Of a stretch of 64,000 nucleotides of DNA, positions 37,696 to 52,419 are shown piece by piece. This stretch comes from Octopus vulgaris (taxonomy: Eukaryota). Position 1 is the stretch's first letter; each line of letters starts with the position of its first letter. The position numbers and the translations under genes were made by a program. The notes beneath the pieces are model-generated. The model was not told where the DNA came from and ran no database searches. It saw only the letters and a program-made list of their open reading frames with translations. The stretch lies in contig OX597821.1 in NCBI GenBank assembly GCA_951406725.2, positions 100,192,001-100,256,000 of the forward strand, given 5' to 3'.

Positions 37696-38838
37696 GGCGC
37701 AGGAGGGGCTGTGTGGTAAGTAGCTTGCTTACGCGCATGCGTTAGTTTTACTTCTGCACTGGTGTTGTCAAGACGTTGCGTGTAGCGGTTTTGAATGAAG
37801 AACTTTGAAGGCGCAACTATAAGGTAGGGCATTTGTTTTTGGGCGGATTCGGTGGTGGTTTGTTGTTAGTTGTCCTTTTATTTTTTTTCGAACAAGAAAT
37901 CCCTACTGAGTTCCGAGGCATTTGTCTGCCTATAGTTGGTCTGTCTCACTTAATTGTGAGAATTGTGTTGTTTTTGGGACGTATCCTGCCTTCAAAAATT
38001 GTGAAACGTTTTGGAAAATTTCTACCAATTTGTGGCGGATGTTTTTGAAGTTATGTTCCTGCTACTGTGTCCCTGTTCATTTTTGGAGAACCTTTTTGGA
38101 GTACCTTTCTGGAGTACCTTTTAGCCAGGATTACCGGGTGGCCGGAATTGTGTGTTGCCGTGTTTTGAACTGTCTTCCTTCTTTCTTTTTCTCCTTTTTG
38201 TCTTTCTGCTCTTCTTTTACTTCCTTCGAACTGGAGAGAGGAAGGCCTGTTCTTTTTTTTCTGCGTGGTAGCCGTATTAAAAGAAACGGTATGGAAGACA
38301 CGTGTGAAAGGAATAGTGATGGGTACCTTTGTATCCGGCCAGGGGTTGGTCAACTTTTTTAGTTACCACCTCAATAGTAAAATCAGGCTGGGGAAGAGGT
38401 ACCTGTCACGAGAGACATTCGGATAAAGATGGAAGTTTGTAGTAAGAAAGCTGGGAGTGATTGGTACCAAGTAAGTGGAGCCACAGAAAAAAAACAAAGT
38501 TCTACCCTGGTGGTGGACGCCTTTCCTTCAGGCACTACATTGTGTAAAACAATGTCTATCATTTTTTTTAATGAATTTTTTTTTAAATGTCCATGATAAT
38601 TTCATTTCATTCGTAAAAGCTACTTCACCATTTTTGTGTTTTTCTGTCCCTGTTAGTCCCCTCTCTGTAATGCTTTGTGGCAAAGTTTTATGAAATAAAG
38701 TAGCTTGTTTACCAACCGCATGGGTCAAGGTTTAGTCCCACTGTGTGGCACCTTTAGCAAGTGTCTTCTACTATAGCCTTGGACCGACCAAAGCCTTGTG
38801 AGTGAATTTGATTGATAGAAACTGAAAGAAGTCCGTCG

Positions 38839-38871
<33 letters not shown>

Positions 38872-39135
38872 ATGTGTGTGTGTGTGTGTGTGTGTATGTG
38901 TGTGTGTGTGTGTATGTGTGTGTGTGTGTGTGTGTATGTGTGTCTGTGTTTGTCCACTCACCATTGCTTGACAACCGATGATGGTGTGTTTACGTCCCCG
39001 TAACTTAGCGGTTCGGCAAAAGAGACTGACAGAATAAGGACTAGGCTTACAAAGAACTAGTCCTGGGGTAAATTTGCTCGATTAAAGGCGGTGCTCCAGC
39101 ATGGCCACAGTCAAATGACTGAACCAAATAAAAGA
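37696..39135 (+). mobile_element. SINE family A, split in its tRNA head by a LINE-derived insertion
   Basis: Head ggcgcaggaggggctgtgtggtaagtagcttg at 37696. The rest resumes at 38698 and runs to the ccagcatggccacagtcaaatgactgaa tail. Confidence 0.9.
37733..38697 (+). mobile_element. Internally deleted Tx1/L1-like element with 15-bp TSD
   Basis: TSD aagtagcttg(c/t)ttac at 37718-37732 and 38698-38712. The insert ends in aaataa(a). Frame CVVAVLKETVWKTRVKG...GQGLVNFFSYHLNSKIRLGKRYLSRETFG*RW resembles Tx1-clade ORF2 C-termini. Confidence 0.7.
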
Positions 39136-39522
39136 ATATATATATTTGTTATACGAACTGTATTTGTTAACAGCGTAATAGACTCAAGCTTCGAAGTCAC
39201 TGTCACCCTTCTTTTGAGAAATTTAATAAACATTTACTCTTCTAAAAGGTTTAGAGTAGTTCTTCAGTTTAATGTTAAATTGCTTTTATATTTCACTTAA
39301 TATAATATAAATGCAAACAGTAACACAAGCACCCACGAACACACGTACATGCGCGCACACATACACACACACAAATACATTAGTGTTTGTTTTTATATCA
39401 AGTTATACATAAAAGCAATTTAATATTAAACAGAAGAATATTTCAACATGCCTACATACGATGTACTTAGCAAGCAAACTTCTTACCACACAGTCACGCC
39501 TACGCGTCTTTACATATATATA

Positions 39523-40374
39523 CGAGGGGGAGTCAAAAGTTATCCGCACATTCCCCATAACATATCTTTATTATCGTCACACTGCTTTTTGCGCATGCGT
39601 GCTTATATTTGGTACTATTGCGGTCATGTGATCGAGGTTTGAGCTTGATCGCGCAAATTTTCTTTCTGGTTTTACAGTGTAAGCATGGCCGCTCCACTAA
39701 CAATGTGCACCGGAGGAGAGCAAAGAGCAGTGATCCGATTTCTCTGGTCGGAAGGTGTGTCAGGTGCTGAAATTCATTATGAGAATCCAGGAGTGGAAAC
39801 ATCCTGGCTCGCCAGCGACGAAAAAATTCAAGGCCCCGTCTTTTGCGGGAAAGCTGATGCTAACCCTTTATTGGGGACTCAAAAAGGCCTATACTGGAAG
39901 ACTACCTGGAAAAGGGGTGTACGATCAACAGTGCAAAATATAGTGTTTTGCTGCCCAACAAAATGATACCAGCAATTCACACTAAACGCCGAAGAAGGTT
40001 TTGTTGTTGCATGACAATGCATACCCACACATGGCCGCCCAAACCGTTGAAATCATTAACCAATTGGGTCTTCAGGTGTCGGAACACTGTGCCTACAGCC
40101 TAGATCTCGCTCCTTCCGATTATCATATCTTTGGACTGCTCAAATATAGTTTATGAGGTCATCAATTTCCTACGGATGAATATGTGACGAAAGCGGTGTA
40201 TAAATGCTTGCACAACCAACCGAAAACCTTCTTCTTGGAGGAATATGCAAGCTTACGGATCGTGGACCTAGTGCATCGAAAAGGAAAGGGACTATATAGA
40301 AAAATGACGTGTTTATCCCTTGCTTTTGTGTAAACACATTGAAAAAATAAGAGTGCGCGTAATTTTTGACTCAC
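39523..40374 (+). mobile_element. Defective mariner (DD34D) transposon
   Basis: TIRs ta|cgagggggagtcaaaagttatccgcac and gtgcgcgtaatttttgactcac. Fragments EQRAVIRFLWSEGVSGAEIH, EWKHPGSPATKKFK..AGKLMLT, LLHDNAYPH, YSLDLAPSDYHIFG. Confidence 0.9.
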
Positions 40375-40381
40375 ATATATG

Positions 40382-40587
<206 letters not shown>

Positions 40588-40690
40588 ATATGATATAATA
40601 TGAAATAACTCACTGTCTCTAACAATGACTAAGGGTGCAGAGAGACACCTGCGAGACAAAAGGGATGCCAACAACAACAACAACAACAAC

Positions 40691-40765
<75 letters not shown>

Positions 40766-41212
40766 CGGGCCGCTTTGTAGCCCTCTACTCTTGTTGAATG
40801 AAAATTAGTTCTATAAATGTGCTAAGCACTGATGCTGATCAGAGTTTAATCAATAAGCGTAGGAGCGAGGTAAATGCAGTAAAAATAGCGGTGTCAGTGG
40901 GGTCCCATTTAAGCAGCCCCCTCAGAAATTGAACTTCCTTAAGATGCTCCCTGGGAGTTCATGGTATGAAATTCATTGTCATTGCTCCGATTTGGTTGCC
41001 AATGCACTGCATTTAGTTTAAAATGTAGTAAAAACAGGTGGGGGTGAGGAGTCAGTGGGACCTAATTAGACGGCCCTCAAAGAAAATAGAAGCCGTTAGA
41101 ACATTTCCCGGGATTAGGGGAGTTGCTGGTTTGAGTTTCTCTGTCTTAGCAACGATGGTCTAGGAGGAGTTAACAAACATAAAAAGTTAACGGATAGAGA
41201 GACACTGCTCAA

Positions 41213-41251
<39 letters not shown>

Positions 41252-41253
41252 TA

Positions 41254-41301
<48 letters not shown>

Positions 41302-41302
41302 C

Positions 41303-41346
<44 letters not shown>

Positions 41347-41365
41347 TATGTATGTTATGTATACA

Positions 41366-41773
41366 CTCTTTACTCTTTACTCTTTTACTTGTTTCAGTCA
41401 TTTGACTGCGGCCATGCTGGAGCACCACCTTTAATCGAGCAACTCAACACCAGGACTTATTCTTTTGTAAGCCCAGTACTTATTCTATCGGTCTCTTTTG
41501 CCGAACCGCTAAGTAACGGGGACATAAACACACCAGCATCGGTTGTCAAGCAATGCTAGGGGGACAAACACAGACACACAAACACACACACGCATATATA
41601 TACATATATACGACGGGCTTCTTTCAGTTTCCGTCTACCAAATCCACTCACAAGGCTTTGGTCGGCCCGAGGCTATAGTAGAAGACACTTGCCCAAGGTG
41701 CCACGCAGTGGGACTGAACCCGGAACCATGTGGTTGGTAAACAAGCTACTTACCACATAGCCACTCCTGCGCC
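41366..41773 (-). mobile_element. SINE family A, full-length reference copy
   Basis: tRNA-like head (tggctatgtggtaag / gggttcagtccc), CORE-like accttgggcaagtg, internal (TA)(TG) tract, LINE-like tail and (gagtaaa)n end. Confidence 0.9.
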
Positions 41774-42390
41774 TTTATATTTATATCTACATACATATAT
41801 ATACACACATATATATATATACATATATAAAATCACAAATCTGTTTTCTTTGCGAGGTAAATACCACACCACATTCTTTCTGATCATACATTAATCAATT
41901 GTTTGTTGCACCTTCTCCAAGATATTAAAATATTTAATCAAGGAGAAAAGGAGTTGGTAGAGATAATAAACGCACCTGGAAAAATAGTTGTAAGAAATTA
42001 CTGTGCTGCTATTGAAAGGAAATAATAAACAATGTTATTTAAACATCCTCTACTGAGCTGTCGCAGTATTTCCCATGGTGCACTTCTGTTAAACAACTAC
42101 TTCATAGCTCTCCTTTACAATCGTCTTTTCAATAATACTCTCTATCGACCTTTTATCATCTTATCTCGATGTATTTCCATGTGATCCATTCCTTGCAGAT
42201 CACTGCTTTCTCCATCTTCTCTCCCTGTCACCTTTTCAAATCGTGTACAACATACAGACATACACATGGCTCTCAACAATCTTCTTTGTATGTAGAGATA
42301 AAATAATGCATTTAAGCTAATGTATTTGCGAATATATCCGTCATACTGTCGCTATATGCTGAAATGTAGCCGAAGCAAACATGTACACAC

Positions 42391-42515
<125 letters not shown>

Positions 42516-42690
42516 GGTCGGTCTGTCTGTATATATACATGGGTGTATGTGTGTGTGTGTAAAGAAACACGTGTCAAGTCACACGAAACACAAACATACA
42601 CATACAAGCGCCCTTACTCACAACCACAAACACACTCATACGCATATACACACACACCCATATACACGCATATGCATATATATATATATG

Positions 42691-42746
<56 letters not shown>

Positions 42747-42844
42747 CGCACATATATATATATAAATATGCATATTTCAACATATATACAAACAATATGT
42801 GTTCATGCAATGCATACATATACAATTTATATATGTATGTATGC

Positions 42845-42899
<55 letters not shown>

Positions 42900-42986
42900 A
42901 AGAGAGAGAGAGAGAGAGAGATTGATAGATATGTATGTCTATGTATATGTATATATTTATGTATAGTTATGTATGTATGTATGTAT

Positions 42987-43044
<58 letters not shown>

Positions 43045-43317
43045 GTGTATGAGTGTGTATGTATATGTTTGTATTTATCAAATATTAACATATTGACGTA
43101 GTATGTGTATATATCTAATTATATTATCTCTCTCACTTTCTCTCCCATAGTCTATATATATATATATATATATATATACACTTACACACACACACACACA
43201 CATACGTGTATCAAAAGAATACCAACACATGCGCTCAAATTCATGCACACATGTATATATAAAGTGACATTTGTTGTATGGACACATGTATAGACTAACA
43301 CAGGCATGAACGCACAG

Positions 43318-43596
43318 CCAATGACGCGTATACAAAGAGAACTACACGGCAGACACTTGAAGCAAATTCAAACGCAACTATTAAAGCCACTTACACATAG
43401 ACGAAATCACCCACCGCTTTTCACACATTTTCACAATACTGGAAAATACGCCATTCATGCCTAATACGCTGCTCTATTCCTATGCTTTTTGCAGCTGCTA
43501 ACTCTCTCAGAGTTTAACCAATAGCCTTCGGCTAAACGGCAATTATTGTTGACCAATCAGGCATTGCTTTATTTGCTTGTATCAATCTTTTATAAA
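43318..43596 (+). promoter_or_regulatory. Possible promoter: three CCAAT boxes and a TATAAA
   Basis: agCCAATga at 43318, aaCCAATag at 43518, gaCCAATcag at 43553, TATAAA at 43591, all in unique sequence. Confidence 0.2.
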
Positions 43597-44544
43597 CGGA
43601 AATATACTCCAATATATTCAATAAATACGATATAAACCTCTTTGAACTGGCCAGAACGTATAAGACAATTAATTATTGAGCAGCGTCACCTTCTCAAAGA
43701 CCAGGAATACGATTCGCTAAAGGAAAAACATTCTTCGAGAATATTGCATAATAACTTGACGATATTCAAAAGAATCATAGACAAAAACATCAGGAGGCGA
43801 CATATTCATGCAAAATAGCTCCAATTCCAATCTGATTGAATTTCTATATTTCAAGGAAAAACCCATATTTATTCATTTGTCTAGAATAAATAAATCTCAC
43901 ACATCAATAATTGATCAGTTGATGATATTTATTTTTATTCTTGTTATCTGTCTTAATAGTTCCTCTCAAATAAGTTTTTCATTTGCGTATAACAATGTCT
44001 TGAGCTGAGAGAGAATTCACGTGACCAGAATAGAAGTCACACGACATAGATTCGCACGCTGAGTCAAGAAAATCTGCAAATATGGCATTTCACGTATATC
44101 GTTTTATTCTTTATATTAGAAGACACAAAATTCAATTCTACCATAAAATAGAATGCTATTCAGAAGCTGATTTCAAAGATATTTAATTTAGCGTTGGTCC
44201 AATTCCTTCGACCTCTCAATTTGCGAAGTAGAAAATTAAATAAATAAAACGATAAATAAATAAAAAGAAAAGAGAAAGCATTATCCTATTTTGAAAAAGA
44301 TTGAAGACTTGACTGACATCACATTAAATGTCTTACAATTCTGAAATCAGTTTCCGATGAAAACGATTTAATATATTTGGATGAAAGCTCGAAAGAATCA
44401 GAAATATAATTGACAAATGTCTGATAGGACGGATTTCTAACTTCGGTTAGAATTCAATGTAAGTGCGTTCAGATTATCTTCCCTGCCTTTATCTCCTTCC
44501 GTACAAACTCTCCTGCATCATGAATTTAATACTGATTTCAACTC

Positions 44545-45315
44545 TTAGCACAAGTCTAACAATTTCGGAGGAGGAGATAAAACGATTACATCGACTTCAT
44601 TATTCAACTGGTGCTTATTTTATCGACCCAGAAAGGATGAAAGGCAAAGTTGGCCCCGGCGGTATTTGAACTCAAGACGTTAAGCATTTTGCCCGGAGTG
44701 CTAACGATTCTGCCAGTTCGCCATCTTATGGAATTTTGGAACCAGGCCATCAGGTTCAAGAGAAGTGTGAGTCTATTATCGCCTACCCCAGTGCCCAACT
44801 GGTACTTATTTTATCGACCCCGAAAGAATGGAAGGGAAAGTCGACCTTATCAGTATTTGAACTCAATACGTAAAGAACCGGATAAAATACCTATTTCTTT
44901 ATTACCAACAAGGGGCTAAACACAGAGGGGACAAACAAGGACAGACATAGGTATTAAGTCGATTACATCGACCCCAGTGCGTAACTGGTACTTAATTTAT
45001 CGACCCCGAAAGGATGAAAAGCAAAGTCGACCTCGGCGGAATTTGAACTCACAACGTAACGCAGACGAAATACTGCTAAGCATTTTGTCCGGCTGCAATC
45101 AATTTGGCCGATCACTGCCTTCAAAAGATCGATGATTTTGGTATTATAGTTTTGCAAATTTTGGCTCAAGGCCGGCAATTTCCTGGCGGGGGAATAATTG
45201 ATTACATCGACTCCTATACTCAGCTGGTACTAATTTTATCAACCCGAAAGGATGAAAGACAAAGTCTACTTCGGTGGAGTTTGAACTCGGAGCGTAAAGA
45301 CATGAAATGCCGTTA
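44545..45315 (-). mobile_element. Cluster of SINE family B copies, including a dimer (about 44740-45090)
   Basis: Four tatc(g/a)accc..gaaag motifs. The dimer junction cctatttctttattaccaacaaggggctaaac matches that at about 9367. Confidence 0.85.
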
Positions 45316-45316
45316 G

Positions 45317-45467
45317 CCCCAGGACTTATTCTTTGTAAGCCTAGTACTTGTTCTATCGGTCTCTTATGCTGAACCGAAAAGTTACGGGGACGTACACACA
45401 ACAGCATGGATGTTAAGCGATGTTGGGACACACACACACACACACACACAAACATATACACACATAC

Positions 45468-45523
<56 letters not shown>

Positions 45524-45686
45524 GCGATGGGCTTCTTTCAGTTTCCATCTACCAAATCCACTCACAAGGCTTTGGTCGGCCCGAGGGTATAGTAGAAGGC
45601 ACTTGCCCAAGGTGTCACGCAGTGGGAATGAACGTGGAACCATGTGGTTGGTTAGCAAACTACTTACCATACAGCCACTCCTGCGT
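45317..45686 (-). mobile_element. SINE family A, lacking the 3' tail
   Basis: Matches 41450-41773. Confidence 0.85.
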
Positions 45687-45824
45687 CTATATAATATATC
45701 TGTTGGGGTTAGACTTGTGTATAGAAAATTACGAACAATCGAGTCAGTTGTTTCCCTTTATCGTAAAAGGCACACTAGTTGGAAGTTGAACTTGCGCATT
45801 GTGCAGTCTTTTATTGCGCGCGTG

Positions 45825-45883
<59 letters not shown>

Positions 45884-45896
45884 GCACACACACACG

Positions 45897-47022
45897 TACA
45901 TGATCACTAAATAACCGGACTGTTGCCATTGTAGCGAAGCTAAAGCATGCAGAGTGAAGACGATTGGCAAAGATTGACTTTAAACTAAGTTTTATCCTTC
46001 TAGCTCACTTCTATTGTTTTCTGTTTATAGCAGTACTTGGAAGGAACGCGTGTAGCGTGTGATCATCGCATTGACCATGACAGAGAAAGTTGTCATGACG
46101 ATACCTGCTCAGAGGACAACGCAAAGTTGCAGAAAGTGTATGGAGATGACTGTATGAGCCGCACACAACTGGACGACTGATTCAGACATTTCCAAGATGG
46201 CCAAAAAAATGTCGATATTGAACATTCTGGGAGACCCGCAACCAGCAGAACAGAGAAATACAACGCTGACGTGCATGCAGCTGTGAGAGAAAATCATTAA
46301 ATCAGCATCCGTGAGTTATCAGAGGATGTGCAGATTAGTTACGATTCAGTTCAGTCCACTATCACTGAAGATTTGTGTATGAGACGCATGTCTGTCAAGA
46401 TTGTGCCAAAACTGCTTTCAGCTGACCTAAAAGACACTCGGGTTTCAGTTGCACAAGATCTCCTCGATTGTGTCGAGAACGATTAAATTTGTTTGAAAAC
46501 TTTGCGGAGGCCTCTGAGAAGGTACAGCTAAACTTTTAGCAAAATTTGATAAAGATTCTCTGATCATCTTCCTTTGTCAAGGTCAATGCAATGAACAAAC
46601 GCTACACACGTTCTTTCCAAGCGCTGCTGCAAATAGGGGCCGAGAGCCAGAACATTGAGACTTAGTGCGCATGCTCAGCAGTATTTATCGTCAGTATAAG
46701 GCGACGTGCTGGCAGAATCGCTAGCACGCCGCGCGAAATGCTTAGCCGTATTTCGTCTGCAGCTACGTTCTGAGTTCAAATTCCGCCGAGGTCGACTTTG
46801 CCTTTCATCCTTTCGGGGTCGATAAATTAAGTACCAGTTACGTACTGGAGTCGATGTAATCGACTTAATACATTTGTCTGTCCTTGTTCGTCCCCTCTAT
46901 GTTTAGCCCCTTGTGGGTAATACAGAAATAAGTATTTATCGTCAGTCTGTGCCAAGCGGCTTCACTCTACGTGCTTTAGCTTCGTCACAAGGTTAGCAGT
47001 CTGGATGCTTATTGATCAGGCC

Positions 47023-47025
<3 letters not shown>
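45897..47025 (+). mobile_element. Mariner-derived element with long (>150 bp) inverted ends and an N-terminal transposase remnant
   Basis: gcgaagctaaagcatgcagagtgaag..ttggca vs tgccaagcggcttcactctacgtgctttagcttcg, and ttggaaggaacgcgtgtagcg vs cgctacacacgttctttccaa. Remnant SGRPATSRTE...ISIRELSEDVQISYDSVQSTITEDLCMRRMSVKIVPKLLS. Confidence 0.8.
46696..46930 (+). mobile_element. SINE family B with 16-bp TSD nested in the mariner element
   Basis: agtatttatcgtcagt at 46680-46695 and 46931-46946. Confidence 0.9.
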
Positions 47026-47082
<57 letters not shown>

Positions 47083-47096
47083 TGCATGCATACGTA

Positions 47097-47275
47097 CGAG
47101 GGTTACAGAACAGATCCTGGTTTAGGGTAAAAGAAAATACAAGAGGATCAATTAATAATGATTCTATTCAACATATTACCCTCTCAGATTGACATACTTA
47201 TTGCAGCGGTCCTTCAATTTTTCCAAGCCCTGTAAAAGAACCGTTAAAGCCAAGAACTTTTCAGCATCCGTCTTG
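47097..47275. mobile_element. Small mariner-type MITE
   Basis: ta|cgagggttacagaacagatcctggttt vs aaagccaagaacttttcagcatccgtcttg. Confidence 0.55.
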
Positions 47276-47547
47276 CGTGCATATTTATTGAGTGAGTAAA
47301 TGCCTAAGTGACAGTCTGGATAAGATAAGGTTTTTTGGAAATTAAATCAATCCGCTAAGTGGCACATTATTAATACAATCTGTAAGTGGGACATTAAAAA
47401 ATATGCAAAGCTTTTCTCAGGTTTAAAATGTAAATTTGTTTTTGTTATGAACATTGAAGTGACTGAACTTTGTTTCTTTGTTAGAAAGCAGCTCCTTCCT
47501 CAGAGGAAGGTTTCACAGAAGGACAAACAGAAGAGTTCACACACACA

Positions 47548-47581
<34 letters not shown>

Positions 47582-47871
47582 TATGAATACAAACCCACAC
47601 CTACACACGCATTCATACGCATACAGAGATATATATTGTTGATGCACACGCATACAAATTCACGCACACACACACATACACATACTTACACACACATACA
47701 CACACAAAAGTACGCACGCACACACACACATGTATATATGTATATATATTGTTGACGTCATGAGAATTTATAAACTTTCGAGAGAGTGTGAAATAATTCA
47801 TTGCTTTTTAGACCGGTGGATTTCGAAGCACATAAATTTATAAATAATAGCATGTAAAGCAACCCAACATT

Positions 47872-48019
<148 letters not shown>

Positions 48020-48964
48020 CGTACGCATATATAAATACATATATACATATATACATATATAACATATATATATATATGTATATATAAACATATATGTATG
48101 TATACATGTTTGTATGCATGTATATAAGAAGAGGTGGGAATAATGAATAAATTATATTTCTCAGCAGAAGATATAAACCATCGATGGAAGTTTCAGTAAC
48201 AAACCATAAAATGCCTGTAACATCTTCGCCATTATTATGCTTACCGTTTCTACACACAAATATATGTCAATCGTGCAAATAGGGAAATAAATGAATAAAT
48301 AAGTAAATGAATAAGAAAACAAAATTCGTATATAAATAAATAAAACCTCATACATCTAGATACTTGAAGTGTTCTCTTTCTCTTCGTTTGTATGCTTGTT
48401 TGTTATCTATAATGCAGGAGAAATCCCGGAACACCAGTTTAAACGATACTGTTGCGTTAATCCCTACTCCTATAGATTGTTTTAAATATATTTTTGTTGT
48501 CACCGTCGCACAATCTCTGTAGCTGTTGCTGTTGAAAGCGCCATATTGCTTTTTAGACAAACGGAAGACATCGGTGCATAAAAGACGCTAATTATAAAAT
48601 ATATTGCACTGCTTCAATGCAGTTGGTCACGGATTACATAATACTATGGTGTTATGGTGAGAATATTTCTTCCACCTCCTCATAAAAACCAATACAGCAA
48701 AATTGCTTCAAAGGTGTCGCGGAACACGATACCAGCAGACTCATAATGTATGCATTTTTGAACGCTTGTGGCGCTTGTTTGATTGTCTTTCGCGGAACAT
48801 CGCGTATGTGAATACATATCCTTCAATGTGTATTCGAATGTGCTTGTGTGTGCGTGTAAGAACGTATTGTATGTACACGAATGTCATATATTTCAGAATG
48901 TGTACGCACAGTTAAGTGTGAAGAGCTGACTGAATGTGAGTATGCATACATGCATCTATATATG

Positions 48965-48998
<34 letters not shown>

Positions 48999-49208
48999 TG
49001 TATGTATGTATGTATGTATGTATGTATGTATGTATGTATGTATGTATGTATGTATGTATGTAGGTAGGTAGGTAGGTAGGTAGGTAGGTAGGTAGGTAGG
49101 TAGGTCGGTAGGTCGGTAGGCAGGCAGGTAGAATGATAGGTTCATAGGTATGTATGTAGGGAGCTGGTTTGTTTGTATCTACATATTTCTGTATGTATAT
49201 ACATGTTG

Positions 49209-49242
<34 letters not shown>

Positions 49243-49266
49243 GCATATATAGATATATATGCTTAT

Positions 49267-49334
<68 letters not shown>

Positions 49335-49341
49335 TTGTGCT

Positions 49342-49405
<64 letters not shown>

Positions 49406-49718
49406 TGTGTGTATATGTGTGTGAGTAAGAGTCGTTCAAATACAAAATACTAGGGATGCCTCCATTTAAATAAGTATCTCAATATGTGACATGCTGTATC
49501 TCATATGCTAAATCATCAGAAGCTGCTCGTTTTGCCAGCTTTACGCTGATTTAAGCTATTATAACACTAGTAGCGACGAGGCCTAAGTTTGTATGAATCT
49601 AAGAAATAAACACACACCGACACGCACACAGACACGCTATCTATCTATAGACAGACAGACAGACAGATATATATATAGATAGATAGATAGATGATATACA
49701 TGCATGCACATACACTCA

Positions 49719-49765
<47 letters not shown>

Positions 49766-50381
49766 CCAAATACTTGCAGCTATCCACGTTAATGTATACA
49801 TCCTTTGGAGCAAGATACACACGCGCGCACACTCACACGCACACAAACACACTTACACACACGCACACATGTATATACAACAGTAATGTTTAAAATTTTA
49901 TGAACGTATACTTGGCATATGCAGGTAGAGTATGTCTATGTGTGTACACGTAACTGCAAGTGCGTGTTCGTATGTTTGTATATATATATATATAAACACA
50001 AATACGTAAGCATTATGTTCTATACATGCGCGCGCACACACACACACATTGAAACACTCATAAACACATATGCAGAAAATGATTTATGCACATATGAATA
50101 CCGTCGTGGCGCATGCTTATTACATATGATCGCATACGTAGATATGTATACACGTATGTTTGGAAATATTTATAATGTATCACGTACATGAGAAGCCATT
50201 GTTGCAGGGACTTGAAAAATAAATCTAACATTGAAAGTCACAAGCTGAATTCAGGAGAAAAACATATTACATTATGAGTTGACGTAAACATTTTCTTCAT
50301 ATTCTATTTTAATTTCTCATTTCTCATTTCTTACAATCAATCATAAACGTATTACAACATAGAGCTCAACATTCTTATATA

Positions 50382-50500
<119 letters not shown>

Positions 50501-50657
50501 AACAACAAGGATATCCAGAGAATATTATTGTTGCATATTTTGATTCTAATCACCTTACTTTGAAATTGTATGGATAATACCGTACTAAATTCTGGTGCCT
50601 CAACTTAAGTACCATATTCTTTTGAATCCAAATTTTTCCTGAACTCATCTACCATGC

Positions 50658-50718
<61 letters not shown>

Positions 50719-50752
50719 TATATATATTATATATATATAGTATATATATATA

Positions 50753-50845
<93 letters not shown>

Positions 50846-50847
<2 letters not shown>

Positions 50848-51248
50848 TGGCTCTGTGGTAAGAAACTTCTCCCTAAGCACACGCTTCCGGGTTCAGTCCC
50901 ACTGCATGGCACCTTGGGCAAGTGTCTTCTCCTATGGCTTCGGACTGAGCAAAGTCTTGTTGAATGGATTTGAGAGACAGAAACTGAAAGAAGCTCGTCG
51001 TAGATATATACAAATATATACATATGTATGTGTGTGTTTGTGAGTGTGCGTTTGTGCATGCGTGTGTCCGTGTTTGCCCACTTGACAACCAATGCTGGTC
51101 TGTTTTAGCCTCGTAACTAGCAGTTCGGCATAAGTCAACGATGGAATAAGTACTAGCTTAGAAAGAATAAGTCCTGTGGGTCCATCTGTTCGACTAAAGG
51201 TGATACTCCAGCATGGCCACACTCAAATGACTGAAATAAATAAAAGAA
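50846..51248 (+). mobile_element. SINE family A
   Basis: agtggctctgtggtaag...ccagcatggccacactcaaatgactgaaa. Confidence 0.85.
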
Positions 51249-51429
51249 TACAACAATAAAAGAAATTATATACACACGTAACTGTGTGCATGCGTTGTGT
51301 ATGTATATATTCTTTAATTGACTAACAACCTCCTTCCAAAACTTCCTCACCTTGTGTCAAAATATAAGCCGTTATTTACTTAATTCAAAAGAATATATAT
51401 GTATATATGTATATATTCTTTAATTCTTT

Positions 51430-51640
51430 TATACTTTTACTTCTTACAGTCATTTGACTGCAGCCATTCTGGTGCACTGTCTTTTAGTCGAATAAATCAA
51501 TCTCAGGACTAATTCTTTGTGAGCCTAGTACTTCTTCCATCCTCTCTTTCGTCGAGCTGCTAAGTTACGGGCACGTAAACACACCAATATCGGTTGTCAA
51601 GCGATGGTGGTGGGACAAACACAGACACACAAACATATAT
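51430..51640 (-). mobile_element. SINE family A, 3' half
   Basis: cagtcatttgactgcagccattctgg...gggacaaacacagacacac. Confidence 0.8.
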
Positions 51641-51668
51641 ATGTATATATATATGTATACATATATAT

Positions 51669-51731
<63 letters not shown>

Positions 51732-51925
51732 TGTATGTATGTATGTATGTATGTATGTATGTATGTATACAATCATAAATACGGGCGAAAGAAAAAGATT
51801 TCTACGCCAAATGCTGAGAAATAGACTTTAAATCGCCAATCACCACGTACAATATATATCACTATTAATACACAGCGTGTTGACTCGAGGAAAGCCAGCT
51901 AACAGAATTTTTTTTCCATTCATTA

Positions 51926-51984
51926 TCTCTGTATCGAACGATTTCGAGATTAATCCAACGGATTTTCCCCCTCATTAGCAGAGA
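51926..51984 (-). ncRNA. Hammerhead copy with inactivating G5>A
   Basis: Minus strand: UCUCUG-CUAAUGA-GGGGGAAAAUCCguuGGAUUAAUCUC-GAAA-UCG uu CGA-UA-CAGAGA. Confidence 0.7.
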
Positions 51985-52419
51985 ATAAGAAGAGAAATAA
52001 ATAAAATACTAACTAGCAGCCATGCCAAAAAAAAAGCAGAGGCAAATGTTATGAGTACACATAAGTAGGCCAAATATATCTAAATATAAATTCAGCATAT
52101 TGGCATAGAATTTTTTTTTATTTTGCCCTTATTTATAATTGTTTAAAATTTTCAACTTAAAAGGTATTTTAATATGCTGCCCACTTGATGAATTTTTTTT
52201 TGAAAAAAATTTATCCTATATTAGAATTAATTTTATTAGCATTCGCTTCGGGACTGGTGACCACTCTAAGTTGTGGTTCCAGACCTACTATATGTGTTTT
52301 GAGGATAGCTACGGAATTTATATTTAGATATATTTGGGGCACTTATGTGTACACATGACATTTGCTTCTGTTTTTTTCCATGAGTACTTGTAAGTATTTC
52401 ATTTATTTCATATCATATT

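Noticed and set aside
49470-49525. CUGAUGA...GAGA..GUC on the minus strand
   Set aside because: Stems I and II do not form.
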